From the human T2T-CHM13v2.0 reference genome, Homo sapiens: a stretch of 64,000 nt of DNA. Made by a program: the position numbers and the translations under genes. Below are positions 46,287 through 64,000 of this stretch, piece by piece; position 1 is the first letter of the stretch, and each line of letters starts with the position of its first letter. The stretch lies in the NCBI RefSeq assembly GCF_009914755.1, contig NC_060940.1; one strand, 5' to 3'. A model generated the notes under the pieces. That model was not told where the DNA came from, ran no database searches, and saw nothing but the letters and a program-made list of their open reading frames with translations.

Positions 46287-46490
46287 GCACAACAAGGCAA
46301 TAGCATTTAAAAGGAAAGGCGGCAGTGGCATGGAGGCTCCAGAGACTGAGCCCTTCCTACGGCAAGAAGGGAGCCAGTGGCGCCCACTGCTGAAGGCCAT
46401 CTGGCAGGTGTTCCATTCTACCTTCCTCCTGGGGACCCTCAGCCTCGTCATCAGTGATGTCTTCAGGTTCACTGTCCCCAAGCTGCTCAG
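46287..46490 (+). pseudogene. ABCC6P1: ABCC6P1 exon 8 ([10 protein letters not shown]...VPKLL/S)
   Basis: 204 nt, CAG/GTGAGT; peptide visible in ORF 46252..46494. Confidence 0.95.
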
Positions 46491-46709
46491 GTGAGTCCCA
46501 GACCTCAAGTGCCCTGCTAAGGTGGGTGGTCTCTTAGTGGCATCCTTCCAGGGCCAGGGGGCTTCAGCTCTCCTGCCTCTGCCTATACATCTGGTGCTCG
46601 GGACACTGGATGGTGGGTGAGAAGGATACTGAGGAAGGGAAATGGATTAATGAGAAAGTGACTGACCCCCAGAAGGGCAAATAAGCAAGCTCTTACCTGA
46701 CTGCACCAA

Positions 46710-47482
46710 TTAGTTTTTGCTGTAAAATGCCCCAAAAGTGAGTGGCTTAAAATGACAAACATTCTTTTATTTAGTTCATGGTAATGTGGGTCAGTAATGT
46801 GGGCTGGGCTCAGCTGGGTGGTTCTTCTTTTCTTGGCTGGGTTTTCTCATGTGCCTGCAGTTGTGTATCTGAGACTGGGATGGCTGTCTCTGCTCCATGT
46901 GGGTCCCCATCCTCCAAAAGGCTAGCTCAGACTTGTTCATGTGGGTGCTTGGGAGGGTTCTAAGAAATAAACCAAAAACCACATTTTCTCTTGAGGCCTA
47001 GGCTCAGAGCCAGCATGGCTTTACCTCCACTGTACTCTGTTGGCCAAAGCCGGTTTTGTAGCCAGCCCAGATTCAAGTGGTGTCTGCTCAGCTGACATAA
47101 CAAAGCATCACAGACTGAGACTGAGTGGCTTGAACAACAGAAATGTATTTTATCATGATTCTCGAAGCTGGAAGTTCGAGATTAGTATCTGCAAGGTGGT
47201 TCCATCTGAGGCCTCTGTCCTTGGCTTGCAGTTGGCCACCTCCTCCCTGTGTCCCCATATGGTCTTTCCTCTGTTTGCGCCCCCTGGTGTCTCCTTATGT
47301 GTCTACATTTCCTCTTCTTAAAAGGACCCCAGTCAGATTGGATTAGGGCCCAGCCTAATGACCTCATTTTAACTTCATTGCCTCTTTAAAGGCCCTATTT
47401 CCAAATACAGTCACATTCAGAGGTACTGGGGGGTCGGGGCTTCAACATATAAAGTTTGTGAGGACACAATTTAGCCTATAAC
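46710..47482 (-). mobile_element. MaLR (MLT1-type) LTR fragments
   Basis: GTGGCTTGAACAACAGAAATGTATT...CCCTATTTCCAAATACAGTCACATTC...CTTCAACATAT motifs. Confidence 0.65.
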
Positions 47483-47594
47483 AAGTGGGAACAAAAACTC
47501 CACCTCTTGATCTTGAGGAGCTGCAGTCAGATTGAAAAGGAGTATGGACAGTGGGGGAAATAACGGAGACCATTATTGCAAAAAAAACCACACT

Positions 47595-47660
47595 GACTGA
47601 TCCTCCACACCTGGACTAGTTTGGGCCGACTGATCCTCCACATCTGGACTGGTTTGGGCA
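47595..47660 (+). repeat. 33-bp tandem duplication
   Basis: GACTGATCCTCCACACCTGGACTAGTTTGGGCC then GACTGATCCTCCACATCTGGACTGGTTTGGGCA. Confidence 0.9.
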
Positions 47661-47722
47661 AAGGCAACACCCTTAGGCACCTCCTCTCACCAGCTGTACC
47701 TTCTCCCTCCTTCCCCTGCAAG

Positions 47723-51606
<3,884 letters not shown>

Positions 51607-51950
51607 CCTTTCCCCGGAAAGCAAAGATAACCAGAAGCAGGTTTATGTCTTGTTCTTTCAGGAATTCCAATCAAAAAAAAAATTATCTTTTCCAATAGTT
51701 GTAGCAAAGGTCCCAGAATTCTAATTGGTTCTGGTTGGCCCAATTTGATGTTTTTGATTGGTCAGGTCTGGGTCTTTTGCCCACCCCTAGCACCAGGAAT
51801 AAATCAGGCCCATCTGAGCCACCTGCCTTGGGAGTAGGGGAAGGGATCCTCCTAGGGAAATAGGGGTGTTATTATTCAGAGAGATCATTAACCTGTGGAC
51901 AGATAAGAACTCCAGATATCAACGACACTTCCTTACCACTCTTTTTCTAG

Positions 51951-53475
51951 GCATCCACAGCATATCTGAAGAAATATTCAGAAGTTAACTAATCTCAGAT
52001 GATTTCAGCAGGAGTAAAGAAGAGAAACAGACTCAGAAATGCCATTACAACAGTTAATTATGTCAAATTTATCACCCTGATTGATCACGCAGCATTAACC
52101 TCAAGAACGCCAAGCCAAGTTTTTTTGACAAATGTGAGCCAAGGTTTCCGAAAAACTAGCAGATATGACTGTGACTTACAAAATGGAAAAAGTAAACGAG
52201 AAACACAATTTGATATGATTTAATAAAAGATTTGTTTCCACCACTTCTCCTGGGAACCTCAGCACATTTTCTTTCCACTGACAGTTATTATCTCTACCTT
52301 TATTGAACAAAGACACCCGGAACACAGCTGCTGAGGATCAGTAAAGAAAATCATTCTTTTATTAATAAGACTGTTATTAGCAGGAAAAAAAAATCCATGT
52401 TTGGGAGTTTGCACTGAAGTTACAGGCCATTTTGAAGAAATATGGCTGACTAGTGCCAACATTATTTCAGGCAATTTCATGATCAAATGTCTTATTAGGT
52501 TGTTTAAAATTTTTATAGAGATTGTAAATCAGAACTATTTTCTATTTGCCCTAAATATTTAGATGCTACAGGGAAAGCAGATCAAATTAAAGGGTACTGT
52601 GCACATTTTTTTACTGGGAACTCCCAGGGATATAAATCATTTCGCCTGCAGCATGGAATTCTTCAGTACACATGCTTGTGGAAACATTCCACGCTCCGCC
52701 AGCACGCTCATTAAAGTGATGATTTGGGTTGCAACAACAGTGCCAAGTACTTCCTGTGTTCAACTGGGGACCATGTGGCAAGACCCAAAGCTTCCCCAGA
52801 GATCCTATGGGAATAAGTTTTTTGAGCCACCATATTCCATTATTTCAGCCTAAAATAACACCATGGGACAAGAATCAGAAGACAGAGGAGCAGACAAATG
52901 TGTGTAGACATGCTGGAAGGAATCTTTCTTTTTAGAAACAGGGTCAATATCTATTAAACTTTAAGATGTGTATCTCTTGACCTGGCAGTTTCTGTATTTG
53001 AGTTTTAACCTACTGATATACCCATGCATGTGAATAAAGTATCTTCCTGCATGTAACAGGATATTTAATGTAACCTTGATTATAGTTGCAAATGCTGGGA
53101 AACGATCCAAATGTCTTTCAATATGGCACTGATTAAATAAATTATGGCACAGTCTCACAATGAAAAACAAATGTAGCCATTAAACAGAATGAAATGGGTC
53201 TAGCTAAATTGAAATAGGACTACCTCTAAGATATGTTGTTAAAAAGAAAAAAAAGAAAGTGCAGAGGAACAAGTATGATACCATTTTGTATTTTTTAACA
53301 TATGCAAGCGTGATTGTGCCCACACAGAATACCTTTGAAAATAAACTCAGTATTTGCCTCAGTGGATAAAAACAAGAACCAGCCTTATTTTCACTGTTAT
53401 ATCTTTTGGTGCCACTTTTTGAACTTTTTACCATATGTGCATATGTAACTTTCTAAATAAATTTTGTAAAAAAGA
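51951..53475 (+). ncRNA. Candidate non-ABCC6 terminal exon of the ABCC6P1 transcript
   Basis: Polypyrimidine tract plus AG (CTTCCTTACCACTCTTTTTCTAG) ending at 51950; AATAAA at ~52222, ~53033 and 53456-53461. Inferred, with no transcript data. Confidence 0.5.
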
Positions 53476-53649
53476 GAAATATGGCTCGTTGCAATAAATC
53501 TAACAAGATAAAAGATTTGTTGAAGAAAATAATAAAACTATTCAGACATGAGCGTTCTTGAAAAATGGAGAAATACATTATTTCCTTGTATGGTAAGGAA
53601 TGGTAAGTAAGCTGGGTGGTATGGTAAGCTGGATATTGTTCCCGACTCT

Positions 53650-55560
53650 TCATTCCCTCTCTTAACAGAATTATACATCCTTGCACCTTTGCAATCTTCC
53701 CACTGTGAGTGGAACATACATCCTGACCCACTGATATCAGTCTTGCTAATGCCAATAGTGTTAGTAAATGTGATGCAAGTCAAAGCTTTATATGTGCCTC
53801 TGTGGTCTGGTTTGGCCCCTTGCACTTCTGCCATCCACCCTGAGAAGTACAAATCTTTGGGATCCATTGGTCCCAGAATAAAAAGATACATAGTGCAGAC
53901 CCAGACCAACCCACAGCCTGGAGTCAAGCCGAGCCAACAGAGCCCAGCAGAATCACAGCCTATGCACAGACCTGTGAAAGAAAAAATATTTTTTTGTTGT
54001 AAGCAAGATTTGGGGGGATGCTTGTTATGCAACCTTGTTGTAGCAATATCTGACAGATACATATGGGAAAACTACATTATTTCCTTTGGCTCTATTCCAC
54101 CTCCACTAGGAAAATATTCCTGATTAACCTCATTCCACACCAGATTGTGATCTCTTCAATGACAGGAAGTGTGTGTTATTCATCCCTGTGTTCCTAGACT
54201 TCTGCACAGGGCCTAACAGAATTTCTAGAAAACAAAAAATTCTGACTACTGTGCCTAAAGTAGCCATCTCTGCCCAACAGTTAATCTCTGCCACATCACA
54301 GAGTTTATTTAGTTCAGACCATGCATAACAATCAATAATCATCTTTCTATTTTGCTATGTTTCCCTCATACACAGTGTAAACTTCCTAGAAGAAATGAAT
54401 CAATGAGTGGGGGAAAAATGAATATATGACTTTCTTACTCTGATTTGCATAAGTACTCATACATTTTTGTCTACCACCCTCGCCAAACTTCTCAGGCTGC
54501 CTTTCAAAAGCTGGTCCCAAATGGTTCCCAATTTGATCACCCACTGCTCCCCTTAGGCATATGTAGTTATTCACCATTGCCCACCCATTACCCACACTTT
54601 TTCTTTCTCTGCAACATTAGTGTTATATTCCCTATGTCATGGATGCTCTTCTTTACCATCCCTGCTTGTTTAAATCCTGACCATCTGTATTCTTTTGCAA
54701 TAGGTTCAGCTATGAGTAACTGCAAAACTCAAAACAATGACCTAAGCAAAAGTTTATTAATTTCTGTTGTTTAGTAAATTTAGAAGTACCAGAATAGAAC
54801 TGGAAAGGTAATCAGTGGTTTTAGAGGAACAAGACACTCCCAGCTTATTGCTCTGCCAGGAGTGTCTTCCATTCCTAAACTTACTTCATGATCCAAGATG
54901 GCTGCTGGAGCTCCAGCTATTACATACCCATTCCAGGCAACATAAAGGAAAAAAAGTGGAAGAAGAGCATACCTTCTCCCTGGAAGGAAATTCCCCAGAA
55001 ATTACACACACCGTTTTTGTATGTAGAAACTTAGTCACATGGATACACTCAGCTGCATAGGAAACTGTACTAGCTAGTTTTGCTAAATCACAAACCACTA
55101 TTCGGCAGCTTTAAACAATAAGCATTCATTTAGCACATGATTCTGCAGGCTGGCAATGTGCGCTGGGTCTATCTGGGCAAATGTAGTGCTCTTGATTGGG
55201 CCCATCTCAGGTACCAGCAGTTAGCTGCCTGGTTGGTCGGGTGCTGACTGGTCCTTACCTGGGCTGTCTCCTCTCCATGTGGCATCCCATCCTCCCAAAG
55301 GCTAGCTGGGGCTGGTTCACATGGTGGTTGGGCAGGATTCCAAGAGATTGAGTGGAAGTGTGCAAGTTATCTTGAGATATAGGCTCGGAACTGGCACACT
55401 GTCACCTCCATCACACTGTATTAGCCAAAGCAAGTCACAAGACTGGCCTGGATTCAAGGGTGGGGAAATAGACTCTAATAGGAGAAGCTACAATGTCACA
55501 TTGCAAAGGGGTGTGCCTATAGAGAGGAGAATAATTGTGGCCATTTTTGCAATCACTATT
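53650..55560. mobile_element. Old MaLR (MLT1-type) LTR fragments
   Basis: Diverged MLT1-like motifs, e.g. CAAAGCAAGTCACAAGACTGGCCTGGATTCAAGGG. Confidence 0.5.
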
Positions 55561-56655
55561 TCACAGAACTCTAGTCTTAATTCTGAGGGACAGCTTGCAT
55601 TTTCTGTGACACCAACTTTTAAAGCCCAGTTCAAAATGAACTTTCTCCTCCAGGAAGCCTTCCTTGACTATTGAGCTAGAATTCTGACCACCAAATATTT
55701 TTACCCATTTGTTCTGTGGCCTTTGCATAGCTACACATGGAGAGACACTGTCCCATCAGTGATGGTTCGGGATGACAGAAGGTGAGCCCTTCGCCATCCT
55801 CAGAAGCCACCAAGAACTTAGACCCCATCTTCACCAAGATACTAACATTTCTGTTGAAACAAGTGCCCTTATGATTTAAAAGTAATAGACCCCTTGTTTC
55901 AATGGCAAGAGTATGAAATTGTTACTTTTGCTTTCAGCAAGCCCACAAGAGGCACGAAGAATCCACGTGACCCAAAAGTAAGAGGTCAAATACTGAGATC
56001 TGGAAGGAATCCCTTAGCATCCGGAGCCTGAATAGATATATACATTCTTCATCAGAGAAGATGTCGGAACTAGTCCATGTGTACATTGGCATTTTTCTTT
56101 CTCCCTTTGTAATTTTTCCTCCTCTCGGTATGACTGAAATATAAATCAGTAGCCTAGAGTCCTTCTGGTTAACAAGGTTCTCATTTGGGAGGTTGCAGCC
56201 TAGGAGGCTATTAAAAACAGAAAGAAAGGCTTCTTCTATAAACATTTCCTGCCAGCTGCTGATAACTGGGGAGGAGGGAGAGCACAGGGGTGACAGCACA
56301 AAACAGGACAATTAGGGGAAGAAATCTGCAAAAGAGGAAGAATTCTTGGTCCACGTCCCTGGCAGAAGGATCCATGAATAGAAGTCCAAAGTGCAAAAGA
56401 AAACCTCTGGGAAGAAAGGAGGAGGGGCAGGAGAGCCTTCCACTGATCCAAACAGGCCAGTGCCATCGGAAGGGAGACAGGAGGACAAAATCCCTGCCTG
56501 CAGATGCTTCCAAATGTTTAAGACAAAATACCAGGACATTAAAAGTTGGAGGAGGGGTGGTCTTGGCATCTTCCCTCAACTCCTACAAGAATAAGAGTTT
56601 GCATTTGTTGAGTGATCACTGTGTGCTGGCCCACATTAATCATTTTTTTAATTTT

Positions 56656-56995
56656 TTAAAAGTTGTATATATTTAGGGGATATAGGTGCAGATTTCTTAA
56701 CCGCATACATTTCATTATGATGAGATCTAGGTTTCTACTGTATCCATCACCCAAACAGCGAACATTGTACCCAAGAGGTAATTTTTCAACCCTCACTCCC
56801 CTCCTACCTTCCCACCTTTTGTAGTCTCCAGTGTCTGTTATTTTACTCTGTATGTCTGTGTGTACCCATTGTTTAGCTCCCACTTATAAATGAGCACATG
56901 CGGTATTTGACTTCCTGTTTCTGAGTTATTTCACATAGGATAATGGCCTTCAGTTCTATCCATGTTGCTGCAAAAGACATGGTTTCATTTTTATA
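56656..56995 (-). mobile_element. L1 3' end fragment (L1PA/L1MA old)
   Basis: TTTAGCTCCCACTTATAAATGAGCACATGCGGTATTTG...CCATGTTGCTGCAAAAGACATG. Confidence 0.8.
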
Positions 56996-58400
56996 TGCAT
57001 TAATTATCTCAATTAAGGCCATAAGGTTGGAGCTATTATTAACCCCATCTTCACCATGAGCCTGGTGATGCTCACAATTTTCCCAAAGCCCCTTGGTTAA
57101 TAAGTGGAAGAGGTAGAGTTCAAATCAGTTTCTCTGACTGCATAGGCCAGACTCCTGGACCTCTGCACCATCCTGGTCTTTGACACCATGATAGAGTAAA
57201 AGAGGAGATGTTTCAGAACCTACCATAGAATCATCTATCTTCAAGATTACCCATGGGATGAGACTGTTAATGGACACAGTGTCTCATTGAAGAGCTCCTG
57301 AACTTTGTGAAGACAGTTGAGTGTTTACAAATAAGAATGAAGCAACAACAACAATAATAAATTGAGTCATTGTGTTGTGTTAGGTACTGTGCTAACTGTC
57401 TAGATTCTCTCACTTAATGCACTGATGTAAGAATTATTGTCCCCATTTCACAGATGAGAAAATAGAAGCTCAGAGAAGGTAAGTCACATGGCCAGGATCT
57501 CACAGTCAAGGAGTAGCAGAGTTAGAACTCAAACCCAGGTGTGAGACCAAAGAGCAGGCTCTTTGTTTATTGTTCTGAGGTGCCTCCTTAAGTGGGCAAC
57601 TTGGTCACTCATTGCTTCATTCACCCTTCAGATATAGACTACTACTCACTGTGTTTGGAAAATTTTTTAATTTCTAAAATTGAGGTGGGGGACTAGAAAG
57701 AAACCCATTGCATTTTTGTTTGACTGAGGGACACAAACCTTTTATTTGTAAAAAAATGTAATAACTGCAAAGCACAATAAAGCCAAGTGCAATAAAATGA
57801 GATATACCTGTAATCGGTTTTTTTATAAGCTAATTTCAGAAGTGACAGCCCATCAGGACAGCCATATTGCATTCACTACAAGTGAGTCAGTAAGTCCAGC
57901 CCATGCTAAGGGGAGGGTATTACACAAAGGCATGAATACCAGGAGACAGGGATCACTGGGGTCCCTCATAGAGGCTGCCTGCCACATTGTACCTTTCATA
58001 AGATCACAAATACCTTTCAGTCATCCTATCACCTAATCTCTTAACATGCAACCTGCTTTCTCAATGAAAATCATGGTGTAAATTGAGTTCTCCATCATTC
58101 TCAAGACTATGAAATCAAGGTAGAGCCCTGGTTTTCAAGCTTTTTGATGACAAAGATTTCTTCAAATAAAATCTTCCTCAAGGTGAATGGACATACTCAT
58201 TGTTTTGTACTATAAAACAGAATACTTCTCAAGGTGAGAAAATAGAAAAACATGACTGATACACACAATAAATAGCACAGATGAATAACCAAAGCATTAT
58301 TCTAAGCAAAAGAAGCCAGGAGCACATACTGTATGATTTCATTCATATGAAACTCCTAGAAAGAAAAACCTAATGTATTGGGATAGAAAGTAGTTCAGTG

Positions 58401-58761
<361 letters not shown>

Positions 58762-58810
58762 TTAAGGATTAACTGGGAAGAGGAGCAAGGAGCCCCACCC
58801 AACTCTTACT

Positions 58811-59155
58811 TAATCCCCACTGTTGGAGGTGGGGCCTCCTGGGAGGTATTGGGATCATGGGGGCGGATCTCTCATGAATGGTTTAGCACTATCCCTTTGG
58901 TGCTGTTCTTGTGATAGTGAGTGAGTTTACACGACACATGATCATTTACAAGTATGTGGCACCTCCCCACCTACTGATATGCCTCCTCCCCCTTGCCTTC
59001 CACCATGATTACAAGCTTGAGGCCTCCCTAGAAGCTGATGCTGGAGCTATGCTTCCAGTACAGCCTGCAGAACCGTAAGCCAAATAAACCTCTTCTCTTA
59101 TAAATTACCCAGTCTCAGCTATTTCATTACAGCAATGCAAGAACAGCCTAATACA
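58811..59155 (+). mobile_element. MST-type MaLR LTR
   Basis: GTTGGAGGTGGGGCC...GGATCATGGGGGCGGAT...CAGCCTGCAGAACCGTAAGCCAAATAAACCTC...CTAATACA. Confidence 0.8.
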
Positions 59156-60183
59156 TCATCACGAAAGCTTCTTTGCCTAAGACTTGCAGAGATAGATATG
59201 TCCTATCAGGCCCTCCTCAGCCCAACCTCTAACACCCACAGAAAACCCTGAAAAGTGAGAACCCAGTGAACATCCTGAACATCCTCTGATGGCTGTGAAA
59301 AGTTAGTGCACTTCTGCTGTTATTGACACCTGATAACTCATTAAAACCAGACTAATCATCAACAAGCAGCAGGTTTCTTTCACACTCAAAGCATACCAGC
59401 TCCATTCTGAAATGATGGCTAAATTAACTGCAGAGAAGCAGCCAATAACCTCCTCCTCTCACCCTGTTCACTCTTTGGGCTAATAAGTGTCTTCTTCATC
59501 AGCTGCCTTGGATAAAAAACAAATGACTGGGTTATACATTTTCTTGTACTTGATACATAAGCCTTTCTGCAGAATATGATAACAACGTAAATAATAAAGA
59601 TGGCCATTGCTTATTGAATCATTTACTGTGTGTTGTGTCTTTTGTACAGCATATAACACTATATGCTGTGGCCTCTATATATGCTAGAGTTATAACCCTC
59701 ACCCTGAGCCGATTTAACTTTATCAATATGAAAATGGATACAAAGAATGTAATCTAGTCACCCAATGTCATGCAGCTAATGTGGTGTCTCAGGTCCCTCT
59801 ATTCCAAGCCCCAGGTTTAGAGTGAGACTAACTGGACCTGACCGTCAGGAAAAATTAATAAACAAATAAGGACTTCCCTGCTGAGATACCCCAGGATAAT
59901 TTGTACAAGTCTCCAAAGCCTAGCACACTGCTGGCACATAGTAGGTGCTCAATAAAATCTTGTGATACGAGAAAACTGGAACTCCTCATGCACTGTTTTG
60001 TCGGTTACAAAATGTGACCCCGGACAGAGCATCATGATTTGATTAGAGTAAGCGGACTTGTTTTCAACTCCACAGGTAGTCAAATGGGGAGAGTGGGCAT
60101 CAGAAAATACATAGGTATATATAAGATAATCCATCTTTCAAAGGAGGCTGAATGGCAGCTCAAAGGCATAGAGAGAACCTAGG

Positions 60184-60357
60184 GCAAGGTTATCCAACCT
60201 GTGGCCCAAGACAGCTTTGAATGGGGCTCAACATAAATTCATCAACTTTCTTAGCTCATCAGCTGTCGTCGGTGTTAGCGTATTCTATGTGTGGCCCAAG
60301 ACAATTCTTCTTCTTCCAATGTGGCCCAGGAAAGCCAAAAGACTGGACACCTCTGAC
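60184..60357 (-). mobile_element. MER30-like DNA transposon
   Basis: Reverse complement begins CAGAGGTGTCCAGTCTTTTGGCTTTCCTGGGCCACATTGGAAGAAGAAGAATTGTC. Confidence 0.7.
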
Positions 60358-60643
60358 CTGGGAAAAAAGTACATTTTCTCCCCAGTGTCAGAAAGGGATG
60401 TCATAACAAAATATTCTAAAATCAGAAAGGACCAAAAAAAATTGGGTAACTATCCAAAATGAAATAAATTCATGAAATTATGAAATATTAGTCATGGTTT
60501 GATTTATTCTGCAGCTATATAACATCACTCCATCAACAACACAGAAACAAAAAATTCTCTCAAAAATGAATAATGGATATGTTCAATCAATCATGGCATA
60601 ACCAGGGAATGGAATGCTTTGAAGCTATTAAAAAAGTGTAATT

Positions 60644-62460
<1,817 letters not shown>

Positions 62461-63009
62461 TAAGAGAGGTAGATCATGAATTCCATCTGCTGCTAAGCTT
62501 CCAAAACTCTATTAGTATTTTCCTTCCTATGCAAACTCCTCTCTCATTCAGTGAGAGCACCTGTTATCCTAACAATCACGAATTTATTTTCCTTACATTA
62601 ATCAGAGTCAGTTTCTATTGCATGGAACCAGGCAACACTTAGCTACTGTGGCTTAGATAGAAGGAAGTCCTTCCTGCCAGCATGAAAGGAATTGGTCAGT
62701 CAGGCAAAGGAGTCTGACCCAAAGGGAAAAGCTGCCACAAAGAGTGACTTTCATCCTTGGGCTAAGAAGCAGGGGCCCAATGGGGCAACTTGTCACATTC
62801 AATAAGGATTCTTGGTCAGCCCAACCATGCTCTCCAAGCATCCAGGCATGAATCCCCACAGGGCAAGGCAGCAGAGAGGAGCAACAGTGAGCATGATGGG
62901 TTATCTATTCTCCCAGCTCCCCACAGCCCACTGACTGCACTCAGCTGAGTGCAGGCACCAACTTCTTGCATCTGAGTTTTTGCAGCTGCTGTTGGAATCT
63001 CTCTAACAC

Positions 63010-63236
63010 AGAGCTTCTCAACTGGGAACCATTTTGCTCCCCAAGGAGCATCTGACAATGTCTGTGGACATTTTTGGTGATCACAAATTGGGAATGGGGG
63101 CTGGAAAGGGTGGCTCATGCCTGTAATCCCAGCACTTTGGGAGGCCAAGGCAGGTGGATCACTTGAGGTCAGGAGTTTGAGACCAGCCTGGCCAACATGG
63201 CGAAATTGCATCTCTACAAAAAATACAAAAATTAGT
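63010..63236 (+). mobile_element. MER20 5' part (63010-63098) interrupted by an Alu left arm (63099-63236)
   Basis: TTCTCAACTGGGAACCATTTTGCTCCCCAAGGAGCATCTGACAATGTCTGTGGACATTTTTGG, then Alu up to AAAAATACAAAAATTAG. Confidence 0.75.
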
Positions 63237-63237
63237 T

Positions 63238-64000
63238 TGGCAGCCAAGATGGCCAAATAGGAACAGCTCTGGTCTATAGCTCCCAGCATGAGTGTTGCAG
63301 AAGATAGGTGATTTCTGCATTTCCATCTGAGGTACCGGGTTCATCTCACTAGGGAGTGCCAGACAGTGGATGCACGACAGTGGGTGCAGCACACCGTGTG
63401 TGACCCAAAGCAGGGTGAGGCATTGCCTCACACGGGAAGTGCAAGGGATCATGGAGTTCCCTTTCCTAGTCAAAGAAAGGGGTGACACATGGCACCTGGA
63501 AAATCGGGTCACTCCCACCCTAATACTGCACTTTTCCAATGGGCTTAAAAAACGGCGCACCAGGAGATTATATCCCACACATGGCTCGGAGGGTCCTACG
63601 CCCACAGAGTCTCGCTGATTGCTAGCACAGCAGTCTGAGATCAAACTGCAAGGCAGCAGTGAGGCTGGGGGAGGGGCACCCACCATTGTCCAGGCTTGCT
63701 TAGGTAAACAAAGCAGCTGGGAAGCTCCAACTGGGTGGAGCCCACCACAGCTCAAGGAGGCCTGCCTGCCTCTCTAGGCTCCACCTCTGGGGGCAGGGCA
63801 CAGACAAACAAAAAGACAGCAGTAACCTCTGCAGACTTAAATGCCCCTGTCTGACAGCTTTGAAGAGAGCAGTGGTTCTCCCAGCACGCAGCTGGAGATC
63901 TGAGAATGGGCAGACTGCCTCCTCAAGTAGGTCCCTGACCCCTGACCCCCGAGCACCCTAACTGGGAGGCACCCCCCAATAGGGCCAGACTGACACCTCA
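63238..64000 (+). mobile_element. L1PA 5' UTR (probably a full-length primate L1 continuing beyond the window)
   Basis: GCCAAGATGGCCAAATAGGAACAGCTC...TTTCTGCATTTCCATCTGAGGTACCGGGTTCATCTCAC; YY1 core CAAGATGGCC at 63245-63254; antisense ORF0-like peptide. Confidence 0.93.

Noticed and set aside
45888-46508. 206-aa minus-strand ORF
   Set aside because: Antisense shadow of ABCC6P1 exon 8 plus MIR-like sequence.
53538-54123. 174-aa and 144-aa antiparallel ORFs
   Set aside because: They overlap MLT1-like LTR sequence, with no recognisable domain or supporting splice structure.

Overview
Human genomic DNA, most consistent with the chr16p12.3 segmental-duplication block that carries NOMO2 and ABCC6P1 head-to-head. 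On the minus strand are coding exons 1-6 of a NOMO paralogue (ATG at 17221, CpG-rich promoter); the gene continues past the left edge. On the plus strand are exons 1-9 of an unprocessed ABCC6 copy (ATG at 26455) with a 1-bp insertion in exon 2 (c.196 equivalent) and a TAG at codon 378 in exon 9. No exon 10 follows, which identifies ABCC6P1, with a probable captured terminal exon at ~51951-53470. Between the two promoters is a ~4.4 kb quasi-palindromic 63/66-bp satellite array (SATR1/SATR2-like) bracketed by an imperfect direct repeat. The rest is dense Alu, L1, MER, MLT and MST repeat, ending in the 5' UTR of an L1PA nested in an Alu nested in a MER20. The most interesting inference is that the exon-2 frameshift brings a strong-Kozak ATG into frame with exons 3-9, giving a 320-codon ORF whose stop may escape NMD. 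ABCC6 and NOMO comparisons use recalled reference sequences, not a database search. Repeat boundaries are approximate.
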